This document shows positions 24,615 to 24,615 of a DNA stretch of 24,615 bases, piece by piece; the stretch's first letter is position 1, and every line of letters starts with the position of its first letter. Origin of the DNA: a virus. Taxonomy: Duplodnaviria > Caudoviricetes. The notes under the pieces are model-generated. The model had not been told where the DNA came from, made no database searches, and saw only the letters and a program-made list of their open reading frames with translations. The position numbers were made by a program, and so were the translations under genes. The stretch covers positions 1 to 24,615 of IMG/VR virus record IMGVR_UViG_3300020043_006257; one strand, written 5' to 3'.

Positions 24615-24615
24615 C

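Noticed and set aside
1-24615. Alternative genetic code or stop-codon reassignment
   Set aside because: Genes tile densely under the standard code and the tRNA is not a suppressor.

Overview
This window is a 24.6 kb fragment of a tailed dsDNA phage (siphovirus-like), and every credible gene is on the minus strand. Read in transcription order (right to left), it holds: (1) a head module: gpW-like adaptor, lambda-type portal, S49 protease, scaffold and major capsid protein; (2) a moron-like gene with its own sigma70 promoter and terminator; (3) neck and tail genes, including a short tape measure and a tail fibre; (4) a membrane-protein-rich lysis-like cassette with no endolysin; (5) a repeat-rich junction at about 7.5-8.0 kb; (6) an early/recombination region: ATP-dependent DNA ligase, secreted lytic transglycosylase, RuvC-like resolvase, tRNA-Thr(UGU), ERF, RecE-like exonuclease and an SSB-like protein. 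The most notable signals are a compact bipartite motif (TTG[AT][CT]-N6/7-GCAN-N3-T-R) ahead of six late genes, a lipoprotein combining a coiled coil with three TM segments (unimolecular-spanin-like), near-complete avoidance of several palindromes, a 12-bp repeat at early gene starts, and unannotated micro-ORFs. All family assignments come from motif recognition and synteny by eye; no database searches were run.
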